From the NCBI GenBank assembly GCA_963851055.1, contig CAWKMY010000005.1, positions 78,716-110,953 of the forward strand: 32,238 nt of DNA, read 5' to 3'. This stretch comes from an uncultured bacterium. GTDB lineage: Bacteria; Patescibacteriota; Minisyncoccia; Phycocordibacterales; PALSA-1337. Each line of letters begins with the position of its first letter. Positions within the stretch are counted from its first letter, which is position 1. This document shows positions 9,296 to 18,382 of this stretch, piece by piece. The notes under the pieces are model-generated. The model did not search any database. It was not told the origin of the DNA and saw nothing but the letters and a program-made list of their open reading frames with translations. Both the position numbers and the translations under genes were made by a program.

Positions 9296-10384
9296 CTACT
9301 TTATATACTTGGCATATCTTCCCTCTTTTTTGACGAAAGCTTCCTTCGGCTGCCACTTATATTGGTAGCCATACATGCGAGTGAGCTTCGAACCGTCAAC
9401 AGTGATCGGATATGAGTACGATTTCCAACCGCCTTTGGATGTTGGCACTTTGCCATGAGTGAGATTCCAAGCAAAGAAGAAGACTATGCGCACCATCCAT
9501 GGCAATACTACGAACATCTTCTTGTTTACTGCCTCGGCCATATCTTTACCGAGAACGACCGGGCCGGGCGGACAGACATTGAATACTTCGTAATCGCTCT
9601 TGAGCGGAGAAAATGCCAAACCGGCGACTATGTCAGCGATATCATCTTCGTGTATGAATTGGCGGCACCACTTGGGCGTAGTCGGCACGAATGAGACCAT
9701 GGCAGAGATGATACGGTGGACGAATGATTCTTTGAGCTGTCCTGAAAGGGCCGCCTGGAGACCGAAACGAATGCGCATATATCGACCGCGCGGACCAGTG
9801 ATGGCGGCAGGGCGGATGATGGCGACTTGCGGCACTTGGCGAGCGGTGGTCGAACCATTTTGTACGGCTTTTTTGGCAGCGGCGTATTTCTCCTTCAGAT
9901 GCTCTTCACATATTCTCTTCTCTTCTGCATACAAGTAATCAGTCTTCCTGAATCCTTCAGCTTCAGTGAATCGGTGTTCAATAGTATTCGTAGGATATGC
10001 GCCATATGATGCAACCGTTGAGAAATGTATGAGCTTCTTTACTGATGGAGTATTGAAAGCGAAGTCAAAGACTTTATCAGAACCCGTGATATTCCAATTC
10101 CACTGAAGAGCTTTCTTTCCGTACATTTCACGAATCTGCCAAGCGGTATGTATGACGATATCCGGTCGCGCGTCGACAACCTGCTTCTGCCAAGTGTCAT
10201 CTGCTGTATTGGCCACTATATAAGTCAGATTCGGCGCATCTTTTATGAGGTCCGGCAAAGGCTCTTTATCTATAGCGATAATACGCTCGACGTCTTCCCT
10301 TTTCGAGAATATATCTATGAGCATCGCGCCTACATAGCCGGCTCCGCCGGTGATAAAGAGAGTGTGTCTCGAGGAAGGTTGCAT
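9296..10384 (-). CDS. NAD-dependent epimerase/dehydratase (extended SDR) family protein
   Basis: N-terminal Rossmann motif TGGAGYVG and a YxxxK-like YAEEK. Confidence 0.8.
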   Translation of the reverse strand: MQPSSRHTLFITGGAGYVGAMLIDIFSKREDVERIIAIDKEPLPDLIKDAPNLTYIVANTADDTWQKQVVDARPDIVIHTAWQIREMYGKKALQWNWNITGSDKVFDFAFNTPSVKKLIHFSTVASYGAYPTNTIEHRFTEAEGFRKTDYLYAEEKRICEEHLKEKYAAAKKAVQNGSTTARQVPQVAIIRPAAITGPRGRYMRIRFGLQAALSGQLKESFVHRIISAMVSFVPTTPKWCRQFIHEDDIADIVAGLAFSPLKSDYEVFNVCPPGPVVLGKDMAEAVNKKMFVVLPWMVRIVFFFAWNLTHGKVPTSKGGWKSYSYPITVDGSKLTRMYGYQYKWQPKEAFVKKEGRYAKYIK

Positions 10385-10426
10385 GGGACTAATCTAGCAT
10401 TTTTCGGTCTTAATCTGAAATCTTCA

Positions 10427-11767
10427 TTACATCCCCTCCCTCGACAATAAAGTCCTGAAGGTACGCAAGACGATCTGGAGATCCAGGCCGAGCGAGCGAT
10501 ATTTTATGTAGTAGAGATCATACGACATGCGGAGCTTATTCTCCTCGACGGTCTGCGGCGGCTTGTTCTGATTGATCTGTGCCCAACCGGTAAGGCCGGG
10601 CTTGATGATAGTGCGGACGGAATAGTAAGGAATCTCTTTGGCCAGACGGGCTTCGTTGCCGGATATATCAGATCGCGGGCCGATCAGGGACATGTCTCCT
10701 TTGAGGATGGCCCAGCCTTGGGGTAATTCGTCTATGCGAGTCTTTCTTATGAACTTGCCAACACTAGTGACCTGATTGCCGGTCTGGACGCTTTCCGCCA
10801 CCCATTTACCGGTTTCATTCTTCTGCATGCTTCTGAACTTATAGTAATGCATGTGCACGCCATCTTTTCCTATGCGTTGCTGACGGATGAATATGGACCC
10901 GCGATCTTCTATCTTTATAGCCAAGCCGACAAATGGATAGACTATGCAAGCCGCCACGCTGATAATGATGCCAAATATTATGTCCAGGACCCTCTTCATC
11001 AGGTCATATGCCAGAGGCGCCATCGGAGTGATATGACTCATGACCCATGCATAGTTCATACATGATAGCGGGATGCGATTGAAAGCCTCTTCGTACAGCT
11101 CGTGTATATCTATGACGCCGGTCTTTGGAAAAAATCGACGATAGAACTCCGGTAATAGAGCTTCTATGTGAGGATTATTCACATCGGCGACGATGTATTG
11201 AAATGTAGACCCATTGTCTTCCATGGCGGCGAGAAGGGCCTCTGTGGAAGATTCTGGAGCGAGCTGTCGGCGGCAAGAAAGGCCGAGGCGAGGATTGGTT
11301 GACATCTCGGCTATGAGCTCATCGACTTCAGCACCAGATCCTATGACCAGAGCCGGGTACTTGCGGCGCAGAGAAAAGAGAGAGTATGTGCTAAAGCGCC
11401 AGAGGATGACCAGAGCCGAAGAAAGGAAGAGGTAGGCGAAGAGAGTGACCTTCGGCGTGACATTGAAGGCGGGTATGAAATAGAAGAGGGCGACGGCGAT
11501 AAGGCCGTTCACGATTTGAGCGCGGATGACACTACCGGGGATGGATGAACGGGCCAGAGAGACGGTGCGACCATAGAGGCCTGATATATAGAACACCACT
11601 ATAGAATAGACAAAGATGATGCTGAATGGCGCTATATGGCTTCCTATAAGGCTGGCTGAAGGCCAGCTGTGGTAACGCAGAATGAGCGTCAATAGCAAGG
11701 AAACTGCCAAGATGACTATGTCCACAAAACCCATGATTATTGGCTCCTTTTTATTGACTATTGCCAT
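10427..11767 (-). CDS. polyprenyl-phosphate glycosyl-1-phosphate transferase (bacterial sugar transferase family)
   Basis: 446 aa with N-terminal TM segments. C-terminal domain: KRVLDIIFG...IFIRQQRIGKDG...FRSM...DELPQ...LKGDMSLIGPR. Confidence 0.85.
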   Translation of the reverse strand: MAIVNKKEPIIMGFVDIVILAVSLLLTLILRYHSWPSASLIGSHIAPFSIIFVYSIVVFYISGLYGRTVSLARSSIPGSVIRAQIVNGLIAVALFYFIPAFNVTPKVTLFAYLFLSSALVILWRFSTYSLFSLRRKYPALVIGSGAEVDELIAEMSTNPRLGLSCRRQLAPESSTEALLAAMEDNGSTFQYIVADVNNPHIEALLPEFYRRFFPKTGVIDIHELYEEAFNRIPLSCMNYAWVMSHITPMAPLAYDLMKRVLDIIFGIIISVAACIVYPFVGLAIKIEDRGSIFIRQQRIGKDGVHMHYYKFRSMQKNETGKWVAESVQTGNQVTSVGKFIRKTRIDELPQGWAILKGDMSLIGPRSDISGNEARLAKEIPYYSVRTIIKPGLTGWAQINQNKPPQTVEENKLRMSYDLYYIKYRSLGLDLQIVLRTFRTLLSREGM

Positions 11768-11799
11768 AGTATGCTCTACTCTACAATAAAAAGACTCAT

Positions 11800-12960
11800 A
11801 TGAGAATACTCTTCCTCATCACCAAATCGAACTGGGGTGGCGCCCAGAAATACGTCTACGAATTGGCCACGAGCTTGGCCAGCGAGCGCTATGAGGTCAA
11901 AGTGGCCGCTGGCGGTTCAGGGCCACTTATCCAAAAGCTGAAAGAGGCTGGGGTTGAGGTCATACCTATAGGTTCGCTTGGACGCGATATAAATGTTGGC
12001 AAAGATGCGGCAACTTTCGGCCAATTATGGAAAATCATCCGCCGAGAAAAGCCTGATGTGTTGCACGTGAATAGCTCCAAGGCTGGAGGAATCGGTGCCT
12101 TCGTCGGGCGCATGCTCGGTGTGAAAAAAATCATCTTCACAGCCCACGGCTGGGCTTTCAATGAAGATCGACCATGGTATCAGAGGATTGTAATTAAATT
12201 CTTGCATTGGACTACAATAGTTTTGTGTCATACAACAATAGCCGTCTCCCAAAATATCAAAGATGCCTTCAAGGGCTGGCCATTGGTGGGCGGAAAAATT
12301 GTTGTGGTTCACAATGGGGTCAAAAGCGATACTAGTTATGGCAAAAGCGGTGCTCGCCAAGCATTAGCTGGCATGTTCCCGCAATTGAAGGCCGCACTGT
12401 CTCATAAAGATTTATTCTGGATTGGCACTATCGCCGAGCTTCATCCGGTCAAAAACCTTGATGTGGCATTACAAGCGATAAAATTATTAGTTGGCACTGC
12501 TAATCAACATTTTTTGTACACCATTATGGGTGAAGGCCGAGATCGTGCGCGGCTCGAAAAAATGATCATTGAACTTGGCTTGGCTGAACGAGTATTTCTC
12601 CTCGGGCATGTCCCTGACGCATCCCAATATATGAAAGCTTTTGATGTATTCCTGTTACCATCACGATCTGAAGCGCTTGCTTACGTTATCCTCGAAGCAG
12701 GCGCGCAGGAAACGCCGGTCATCGCTACTGCAGTTGGTGGAATTCCAGAAATCATCGATGACATGAAGTCGGGTGTGCTCGTCTTGCCAGGAAAACCTGC
12801 CGAAATAGCGCATGCTATCCGATTTTATGCTGAACATTCTGACATAGCTCGCGAGCACGCAAATACCCTACACAAACGTGTCTTGGAGCTATTTTCACTG
12901 AAGAAGATGGTCAAGAAGACGGAGGGGATGTATAGGGAGAAAAAAGTAACTAGTAATTAG
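11800..12960 (+). CDS. glycosyltransferase family 4 (GT-B)
   Basis: 386 aa with NWGGAQKYV near the N-terminus and a C-terminal EAxxxxxLEAGAxxxPVIAT motif. Divergent from the sugar transferase across a 32-bp gap. Confidence 0.85.
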   Translation: MRILFLITKSNWGGAQKYVYELATSLASERYEVKVAAGGSGPLIQKLKEAGVEVIPIGSLGRDINVGKDAATFGQLWKIIRREKPDVLHVNSSKAGGIGAFVGRMLGVKKIIFTAHGWAFNEDRPWYQRIVIKFLHWTTIVLCHTTIAVSQNIKDAFKGWPLVGGKIVVVHNGVKSDTSYGKSGARQALAGMFPQLKAALSHKDLFWIGTIAELHPVKNLDVALQAIKLLVGTANQHFLYTIMGEGRDRARLEKMIIELGLAERVFLLGHVPDASQYMKAFDVFLLPSRSEALAYVILEAGAQETPVIATAVGGIPEIIDDMKSGVLVLPGKPAEIAHAIRFYAEHSDIAREHANTLHKRVLELFSLKKMVKKTEGMYREKKVTSN

Positions 12961-13064
12961 TAAGCGGAAAAACCTAAGCGGGAATATGAAAGAATCGTGA
13001 CACCGCCGTGCCGTTTTCTTGATTTCCTCGGCGCAGGAGAGTGTCTCATTTCCTGTGGGTACAG

Positions 13065-13140
13065 TAATTGCAAATCTTTTGCAATTAGTTACGAGAGTTA
13101 GCCACCCCACAGCACCTAGTTGCAACTTTTTTGCAATTAT
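13065..13140. repeat. two ~24-bp direct repeats, each holding two self-complementary TTGCAA hexamers 11 bp apart
   Basis: TTGCAA at 13068, 13079, 13120 and 13131. The units taattgcaaatcttttgcaatta and tagttgcaacttttttgcaatta match at 20 of 24 positions and start 52 bp apart. Confidence 0.6.
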
Positions 13141-13223
13141 CGTACATGAGGGTTTGGGAACTGCCGACGGAGGCGTGGCATCATTGTTCACCTGTTGCGT
13201 GTCGTTGATTTAAGGCCCCTCCA

Positions 13224-14360
13224 CTACTGCGGCCCGATATATTCATTCTTAACCGTATCTTTATGGGCCGGCCTGGCGTATCTGCGTTGGGCCATCAGGA
13301 TCCCGAGAGCCAAAAACTCGGTCATGATGTGCGTGCCGCCATAGCTCATAAACGGCAACGGTGTGCCGGTCACCGGCAAGAGATGGATATTCATGCCCAC
13401 ATTGACCAAAAGGTGGACGATGAAGAAGACGGCCACGCCGGCGCCATACAATATCTCGAAGTTAGTGGCACCGCGCGAAGCATTGACTATGATACGCCAT
13501 ATGATCACGCCATAGAGAACAAAGAATATTAGAATGCCGGCAAAACCCCATTCCTCTGAAAAAGCGGCGAAAATAAAGTCGGTCTGATATTCCGGCAGGA
13601 ATTTGAGGCGAGACTGGGTGCCATAGCCGACGCCCTTGCCGAATAGGCCTCCGGAGCCGATGGCGATTTCCGACTGGTAGGCATTGTAGCCGGCGCCGCG
13701 GATGTCAGAGAGCGGATGGACGAAATTGACGATGCGTTCCTTCTGATAATCCTTGAAGCCAAATGCCCATAGCAGGCTGAATCCTATGGCCACCAAGGCG
13801 ATCAACCCGAACAAGTGCTTCTTGGATATCCCGGAGACCATGACCATGCCGAGCCATATGAGGAACATGATCATGGCCGAACCGAGGTCTGGATGCAGAA
13901 GGACCAGGATGAAGAAACAGAAGGCGTAGACACCGGAGATTATGATGTGACGGACATTGGCGATCTCTATGTGCCTCCTCGAAAAATATTTTGCCAGAAT
14001 GATGACTAGGGCAAGCTTGGCGAAATCCGACGGCTGAAATGAAAAAGCCCCGAAATCGAACCAGTTGGCTGCGCCGTGGGAGACCTTGCCAACCAGAAAA
14101 AGGGCGGCTAGGACAATTATGCAACCGCCGAACAGAGCGGCGGATATAGAGGATAGACGGAGAAATCTGACGTCCGCCGCGGAAACAGCGAAAAACACGA
14201 CCACGGAGACGACTATCCAGAGGAATTGGTGAAAGGCGAAGGAACTGTCTCCGGTGAACGAGTGCATAGTCGACAAGCCAGCCGCCAAAATAGGCAGGAT
14301 AGCCAGAAAGAGGATCCAGTCGATCTTGAAAAAACGCGAGATGCCCGTAGCTTGTTGCAT
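13224..14360 (-). CDS. SEDS-family peptidoglycan polymerase (FtsW/RodA)
   Basis: 378-aa polytopic protein with SEDS-like motifs (QPSDFAKL, EYQTDFIFAAFSEEWGF, LPVTGTPLPFMSYGG). Confidence 0.85.
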   Translation of the reverse strand: MQQATGISRFFKIDWILFLAILPILAAGLSTMHSFTGDSSFAFHQFLWIVVSVVVFFAVSAADVRFLRLSSISAALFGGCIIVLAALFLVGKVSHGAANWFDFGAFSFQPSDFAKLALVIILAKYFSRRHIEIANVRHIIISGVYAFCFFILVLLHPDLGSAMIMFLIWLGMVMVSGISKKHLFGLIALVAIGFSLLWAFGFKDYQKERIVNFVHPLSDIRGAGYNAYQSEIAIGSGGLFGKGVGYGTQSRLKFLPEYQTDFIFAAFSEEWGFAGILIFFVLYGVIIWRIIVNASRGATNFEILYGAGVAVFFIVHLLVNVGMNIHLLPVTGTPLPFMSYGGTHIMTEFLALGILMAQRRYARPAHKDTVKNEYIGPQ

Positions 14361-14364
14361 GGCT

Positions 14365-15120
14365 TCATTCTGCCACAGGCAGGACTTCTATGGAAATGAC
14401 AGCTCCGTTCCATGATGTCGGCCAAGTGAATGGCGCTACAGCCGAACCATAACCTGGTATGCCATCCAATATGGTCTTGGAGAAGCCGAGAGCGTTGCCA
14501 TCCTTGTCATAAAGCACAGCGTATACATCCGTACGACCTATGGCGTAGACTCCTGTATTCTTGAGAGTGACGGAAAGTGAGGCGCTGGAAGAGCTTTCGG
14601 CGTAATTCTTGTCGCCTACGGCTATAGCGGTCAGAGGATCGGCTTGCGATGTCCAATCCGGAGCCGCGGTGAATTCGAATAGGGCTTTGACCGGAATACG
14701 TTTGGCGGTAGAGACGGCTCCATTGAAAGCTAAGGTATTTCTATGCGGCGGTATGGTAATAGTTCCATCGTATTCGGTGATTTCCACCCCTTGATTGTCA
14801 TAGAGGATGACGTGATACGGAACCGCCGATGCACCAACAGAGGCATTTGGGTTAATGATGTAGACGGCGACATTGTAGAGGCCCGGAGCGACTTGTTCCA
14901 ATCTCGTCCAAGCGACGCTAGGCGCCAGGAAGGAATTTGAGCAAAGCCTCTGGCAAGATCCGCCACAGTCTACGCCTGTCTCATCGCCGTTCTTCAAGCC
15001 GTCGAAGCATGTGGGGGCCTTGTAGAACCAGAAAAAAGCCGGCAAGAACACGGCCGCCGCTAGGACGACCACGGTTATGCCGCCATAGAGAAGTTTTCGC
15101 CTTTGGGACCATGATGCCAT
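14365..15120 (-). CDS. membrane-anchored hypothetical protein with a Cys-rich CFDGxxNGDETGVDCGGSC module
   Basis: 251 aa with one N-terminal TM segment. Its stop lies 4 nt before the SEDS gene start. TGaTATAAT lies 7 nt upstream of the ATG. Confidence 0.6.
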   Translation of the reverse strand: MASWSQRRKLLYGGITVVVLAAAVFLPAFFWFYKAPTCFDGLKNGDETGVDCGGSCQRLCSNSFLAPSVAWTRLEQVAPGLYNVAVYIINPNASVGASAVPYHVILYDNQGVEITEYDGTITIPPHRNTLAFNGAVSTAKRIPVKALFEFTAAPDWTSQADPLTAIAVGDKNYAESSSSASLSVTLKNTGVYAIGRTDVYAVLYDKDGNALGFSKTILDGIPGYGSAVAPFTWPTSWNGAVISIEVLPVAE

Positions 15121-15150
15121 CGGTTAAATTATATCATATTGAATACTCTG

Positions 15151-15260
15151 TTCTGGCGGCAAGCTACTTTCGCCCCGAAGGACTATCATCGCCGCAACTG
15201 CGTTTCACTGCCGTGTTCGGAATGAGAACGGGTGGTGCCACAGCGCCAAACCACCAGAAC
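15151..15260 (-). rRNA. rrf: 5S rRNA
   Basis: The minus strand reads ttctggtggtttggcgctgtggcaccacccgttctcattccgaacacggcagtgaaacgc...gccgccagaa, with the conserved CCGAACACGG core and complementary ends. Confidence 0.85.
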
Positions 15261-15273
15261 GGAACATTCAAAT

Positions 15274-15294
15274 TCATACCTCAAAGTAATGCAA
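15274..15294. repeat. 3' arm of the pre-23S processing stem (pairs with 21614-21634)
   Basis: 21-nt perfect inverted repeat tcatacctcaaagtaatgcaa / ttgcattactttgaggtatga bracketing the whole 23S gene. Confidence 0.75.
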
Positions 15295-15555
15295 ACAATG
15301 TGTGATACTAGCGCGATTCGTAGAGTTCCTGATGAGATCGACGGATTAGTACTTCACGGCTCAACACCTTGCGGTGCGTACACCTAAAGCCTATCAACGT
15401 GATCATCTCTCACGGGTCTCGAACGATGCATAATCTTGGGGCTGGCTTCGCGCTTATATGCTTTCAGCGCTTATCCAATCCGAACATAGCTGCCCAGCGG
15501 TGCCGTTGGCACGACAGCTGGTAGACCAGAGGTTCGTTCAATTCGGTCCTCTCGT

Positions 15556-16375
15556 CACATTATCCCCCTATCACTAGGAGTGTAGACTATATCTTTATCC
15601 GTTTTGCCAATTCGGCAAAATGAGGATGTTGGCGTATTACCTATGCGTATCTGCCACCACCTTCAGTTGTGATGACTTTCCAATAGCACATAAGTCCATT
15701 TTCTGGCATAGAGCCATCGAATAAGTCGTTACGGGGTCAAACCTAACATCAGCAACAATTCATTTTTCGTCTTCTTTTTCTTGGTGACGTAATTCTCCTT
15801 CTGAATCACCAGGATGAGATCGACGAGTTTAACGAGTTGCGCATCACTTAGCATCTTGAGTTTAGTCTTCAAAAGGATTTGGCAGGCCTCTTTCAAGGCT
15901 TTTGCTTGAATCCTCTTGAATCTGATATACGGCAACAAACTTGTCAGAATCTCTCTGACCTGTCTGTAACCATTTATTCTCAATTCGGTCATCCCATCAT
16001 TTCTTTTGGAAATATAACCGATATTGAAGACGTCTCTAATCCAATAGAGATCATCTTCGTGTCTGGAATCCTGATAGAAACAGATCGTCGGCATAAATCT
16101 TAGTTTAGATCTATTACCGTCTTTCCGCTTTTTGAGCTGGAGCATAAGGCTCCCGTCACCATCTAGGAATCCCGCGACATATGCATATTTGACATTAGAT
16201 CGACTTCCCACGGTATTGTCTTGAATTTATTGGTCCTCAAGTGTTACATACACTATTGTATCTCTCCCGACGGACCGTCGCAAGAAAGATTATCAACGGA
16301 TACCGATACATTCAAGATTCCACCGTTATTAGCCACATTGTCATCATGGATTACTCCATGAAGTAGCAATACTTT
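15556..16375 (-). mobile_element. group I intron (820 nt) after U2656 (E. coli numbering), in the sarcin-ricin loop
   Basis: Exons read ...gattctagU | intron ...ataatgtG | acgagaggacc, which restores AGUACGAGAGGACC. An S-like element aaagatatagtcta lies at 15583-15596. The junction could shift by 1 nt because of a shared A. Confidence 0.7.
15729..16211 (-). CDS. single-motif LAGLIDADG homing endonuclease, I-CreI-like
   Basis: 160 aa with a GTG start. YVAGFLDGDGSLMLQLKK and IGYISKRNDG...LLPYIRFKRIQAKALKEACQIL parallel I-CreI (YLAGFVDGDGSIIAQIKP ... LQPFLKLKQKQANLVLKIIEQL) as I recall it. Confidence 0.85.
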   Translation of the reverse strand: MGSRSNVKYAYVAGFLDGDGSLMLQLKKRKDGNRSKLRFMPTICFYQDSRHEDDLYWIRDVFNIGYISKRNDGMTELRINGYRQVREILTSLLPYIRFKRIQAKALKEACQILLKTKLKMLSDAQLVKLVDLILVIQKENYVTKKKKTKNELLLMLGLTP

Positions 16376-16438
16376 ACTAGAATCAAACCCCCTCAAGCAT
16401 CAACGCCTGCAGTAGATAGGAGACCAACCTGTCTCACG

Positions 16439-16842
16439 CATGTTACCAACGATTACTCGTTGCATTGGACTATAGCTTAATCCGCTCATTTGATTGAGTG
16501 TGGATCGTTAACGTTTAGTCTCTACGGGCATTGAATCGCAGTAAACCGTAAACGGTAAACTGTAATCAACTTCCCTCGGTATAACCCGCTTTAAACGGGC
16601 TCCACCGAATCTAGTTAACTTGATCTTCTTGTATTACTACAAGAGACCGCCGTGGTTGATTGGTCATTCCTCTCTCTTTACATCATCTCAATGCGATTTC
16701 GCATATGAAATGTTCAATAAAACGAAAATTCTCGAAGTGATTCAGACTGTCGAATATTCAATTCGCAGTCAATGTGACTTCACACATTTACATAGGATTA
16801 ACACTCTCTATGGTCAGCCATCGAAGCATAATTAAATGCTCA
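16439..16842 (-). mobile_element. ORF-less group I intron (404 nt) after U2593, the classic I-CreI / Cr.LSU site
   Basis: Exons read ...gggttcagaccgU | tgagcattt...ggtaacatG | cgtgagacaggttgg. An R-like ccgtagagactaaac lies at 16513-16527 and an S-like aagctatagtcc at 16467-16478. No LAGLIDADG ORF is present. Confidence 0.75.
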
Positions 16843-16874
<32 letters not shown>

Positions 16875-17171
16875 TTGGCGAACAGCCAAACCTTTGGGAG
16901 CTTCTCCACCCCCAGGATGTGGTGAGCCGACATCGAGGTGCCGAACTCCGCCGTCGATATGAACTCTTAGGCGGAACTAGCCTGTTATCCCTAGAGTAGC
17001 TTTTGTCCGATAATCTTCCACCGCATCTAATGCGAATGGTCGGTTCACTTGGCTCCGCTTTCGCGTCTGATCGTCACGTACGACTCTCAGTCAGGCCAGC
17101 TTGTGCCCATACACTATCGCCACGGTTTCCATTCGCGGCTAGCTGACCTTAATAGGCTCCTCCGTTACTCT

Positions 17172-17837
17172 TTAGGCATTTCTGTTACCCATTTTGTTTT
17201 GCATTGAAGGAATTTGTGAAGTATATGGTTCAATCAAATCTCTGAATCTTTCAGCTGATTCTGATTTTATATATAATCTCCAGTATTTTCCTTTTTGTGC
17301 ATGAAGACTTGTCTCGAGTTCAAATTTCTTTTTAAGGGCTTTTTGAACCGATTCAAGGTCTTTCTTACTATATCCAAGGGTATGGATTATGAACGTGTTG
17401 TGTCTATTCGACTTCCACGATCCGTCATCCATAAACCATATGGCTAATGCCATTGGATCCAGTAATTTGTTGATCAATTTAGGAATTTCTTTTTTACCAT
17501 GAGGATAGAATTGTTGAGCATAAAATCTAAATGCGCCGTGAGAATATGTATCAAATAATACATACCCATAGCCATTCTTCTTTACCCTCGAACGAATTCC
17601 ACCTGGTATCCATTCCTTAAACTGATCGTGGATCCATTCTAGATAGTCTCTTTGCGCTACTTGATGTTCAATCTTGAGCCGATAAGTTTTACCCTTATCT
17701 TGCGTCTCAAGGTGACCATCACCGAGCAAAGTACCGACTAAAATAGATCTTTGAACATCATTCAGCGTGAGAGTCTTTTTCAACTCTCGAATTTCTTTTG
17801 TGTTCATTGGGTTCTTACTATTACTAGTAAGCTTCAT
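17172..17837 (-). CDS. double-motif LAGLIDADG homing endonuclease, I-SceI-like
   Basis: 221 aa. LVGTLLGDGHLETQDKGKTYRLKIEH and LDPMALAIWFMDDGSW...LKKKFELE parallel I-SceI ([39 protein letters not shown]...LRNKFQLN). The last 5 nt, including the TAA stop, lie in the 3' exon. Confidence 0.85.
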   Translation of the reverse strand: MKLTSNSKNPMNTKEIRELKKTLTLNDVQRSILVGTLLGDGHLETQDKGKTYRLKIEHQVAQRDYLEWIHDQFKEWIPGGIRSRVKKNGYGYVLFDTYSHGAFRFYAQQFYPHGKKEIPKLINKLLDPMALAIWFMDDGSWKSNRHNTFIIHTLGYSKKDLESVQKALKKKFELETSLHAQKGKYWRLYIKSESAERFRDLIEPYTSQIPSMQNKMGNRNA

Positions 17838-18382
17838 GTCGCCATGAAGATCGGACTATATCATCATCCCCTGCAAAATTAATCGCATTGGATGGCTAGC
17901 GTATAGTCTCTGAGGGTTCAAGCATATGTATTGAATAGTGGAGGAGAGCCCAGGCATGGCACGCCATGAGCTCTCCAAAGTGGATCGTAAACTTCTGGCA
18001 AGTATCCGTTTTAACCATTCACGGGTTGGATCGACCCGGTTTTGCTGAACGGATGTTTCCACGACCTCGCCGAGCTGCGTCAGAATTCGCATCATACTTC
18101 TCAACGGATAGCAAATCCGCCAATCCATACGGTAGATCACCCTGACCAACACTCCTAAAGTCACTCTCCACTATTCAATACACATACAAGTCTTCCCTGC
18201 TGATCCTCCGCACTTCAAGATTTTTACTTTGTTCAAGTACTTGAAGATACTCGGATATTCCAGCATATAGCTAACTTTTCAATGGCCATTGCTGACCAAG
18301 GTCCTCCTTTTTTATTTGTTTCGAGATGACAAATCTCTTGAGGCGCCACGGTTCGAGGATTCGAATAAAATCCAAATCCTCG
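17177..18382 (-). mobile_element. group I intron (1206 nt) after U2262
   Basis: Exons read ...ggggcgctatccU | cgaggattt...acagaaatG | cctaaagagtaacgg. P (atatgctggaa, 18258-18268), Q (atcagcagg, 18196-18204), R (cctcagagactatacgc, 17899-17915) and S (atgatatagtcc) elements are all visible. Confidence 0.8.

Noticed and set aside
7375-9938. Numerous 60-112-aa antisense ORFs inside secF, secD and the epimerase gene.
   Set aside because: They are fully embedded in well-supported longer genes on the opposite strand.
12895-13213. ORFs 12895..13191 (-) and 13019..13213 (+) in the GT4/SEDS intergenic region.
   Set aside because: One overlaps the GT4 3' end and both run through the TTGCAA repeat structure. 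Neither has an SD or -10 geometry or a recognisable family.
16620-16835. A 71-aa plus-strand ORF inside the L2593 intron, considered as a possible endonuclease.
   Set aside because: It is on the wrong strand relative to the rRNA and intron. It has no LAGLIDADG, GIY-YIG or HNH motif, and it overlaps the ribozyme core regions.
16981-16993. An I-SceI-type target (TAGGGATAACAGG, position 2449) as the expected location of the I-SceI-like intron.
   Set aside because: The exon is continuous through this site. The I-SceI-like ORF belongs to the insert at 2262 instead.
18349-18366. A tRNA T-arm-like string, ggttcgaggattcgaat.
   Set aside because: There is no acceptor, D or anticodon arm around it. 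It lies in the 5' hairpin (P1/P2 region) of the L2262 intron. I found no convincing tRNA anywhere in the window.
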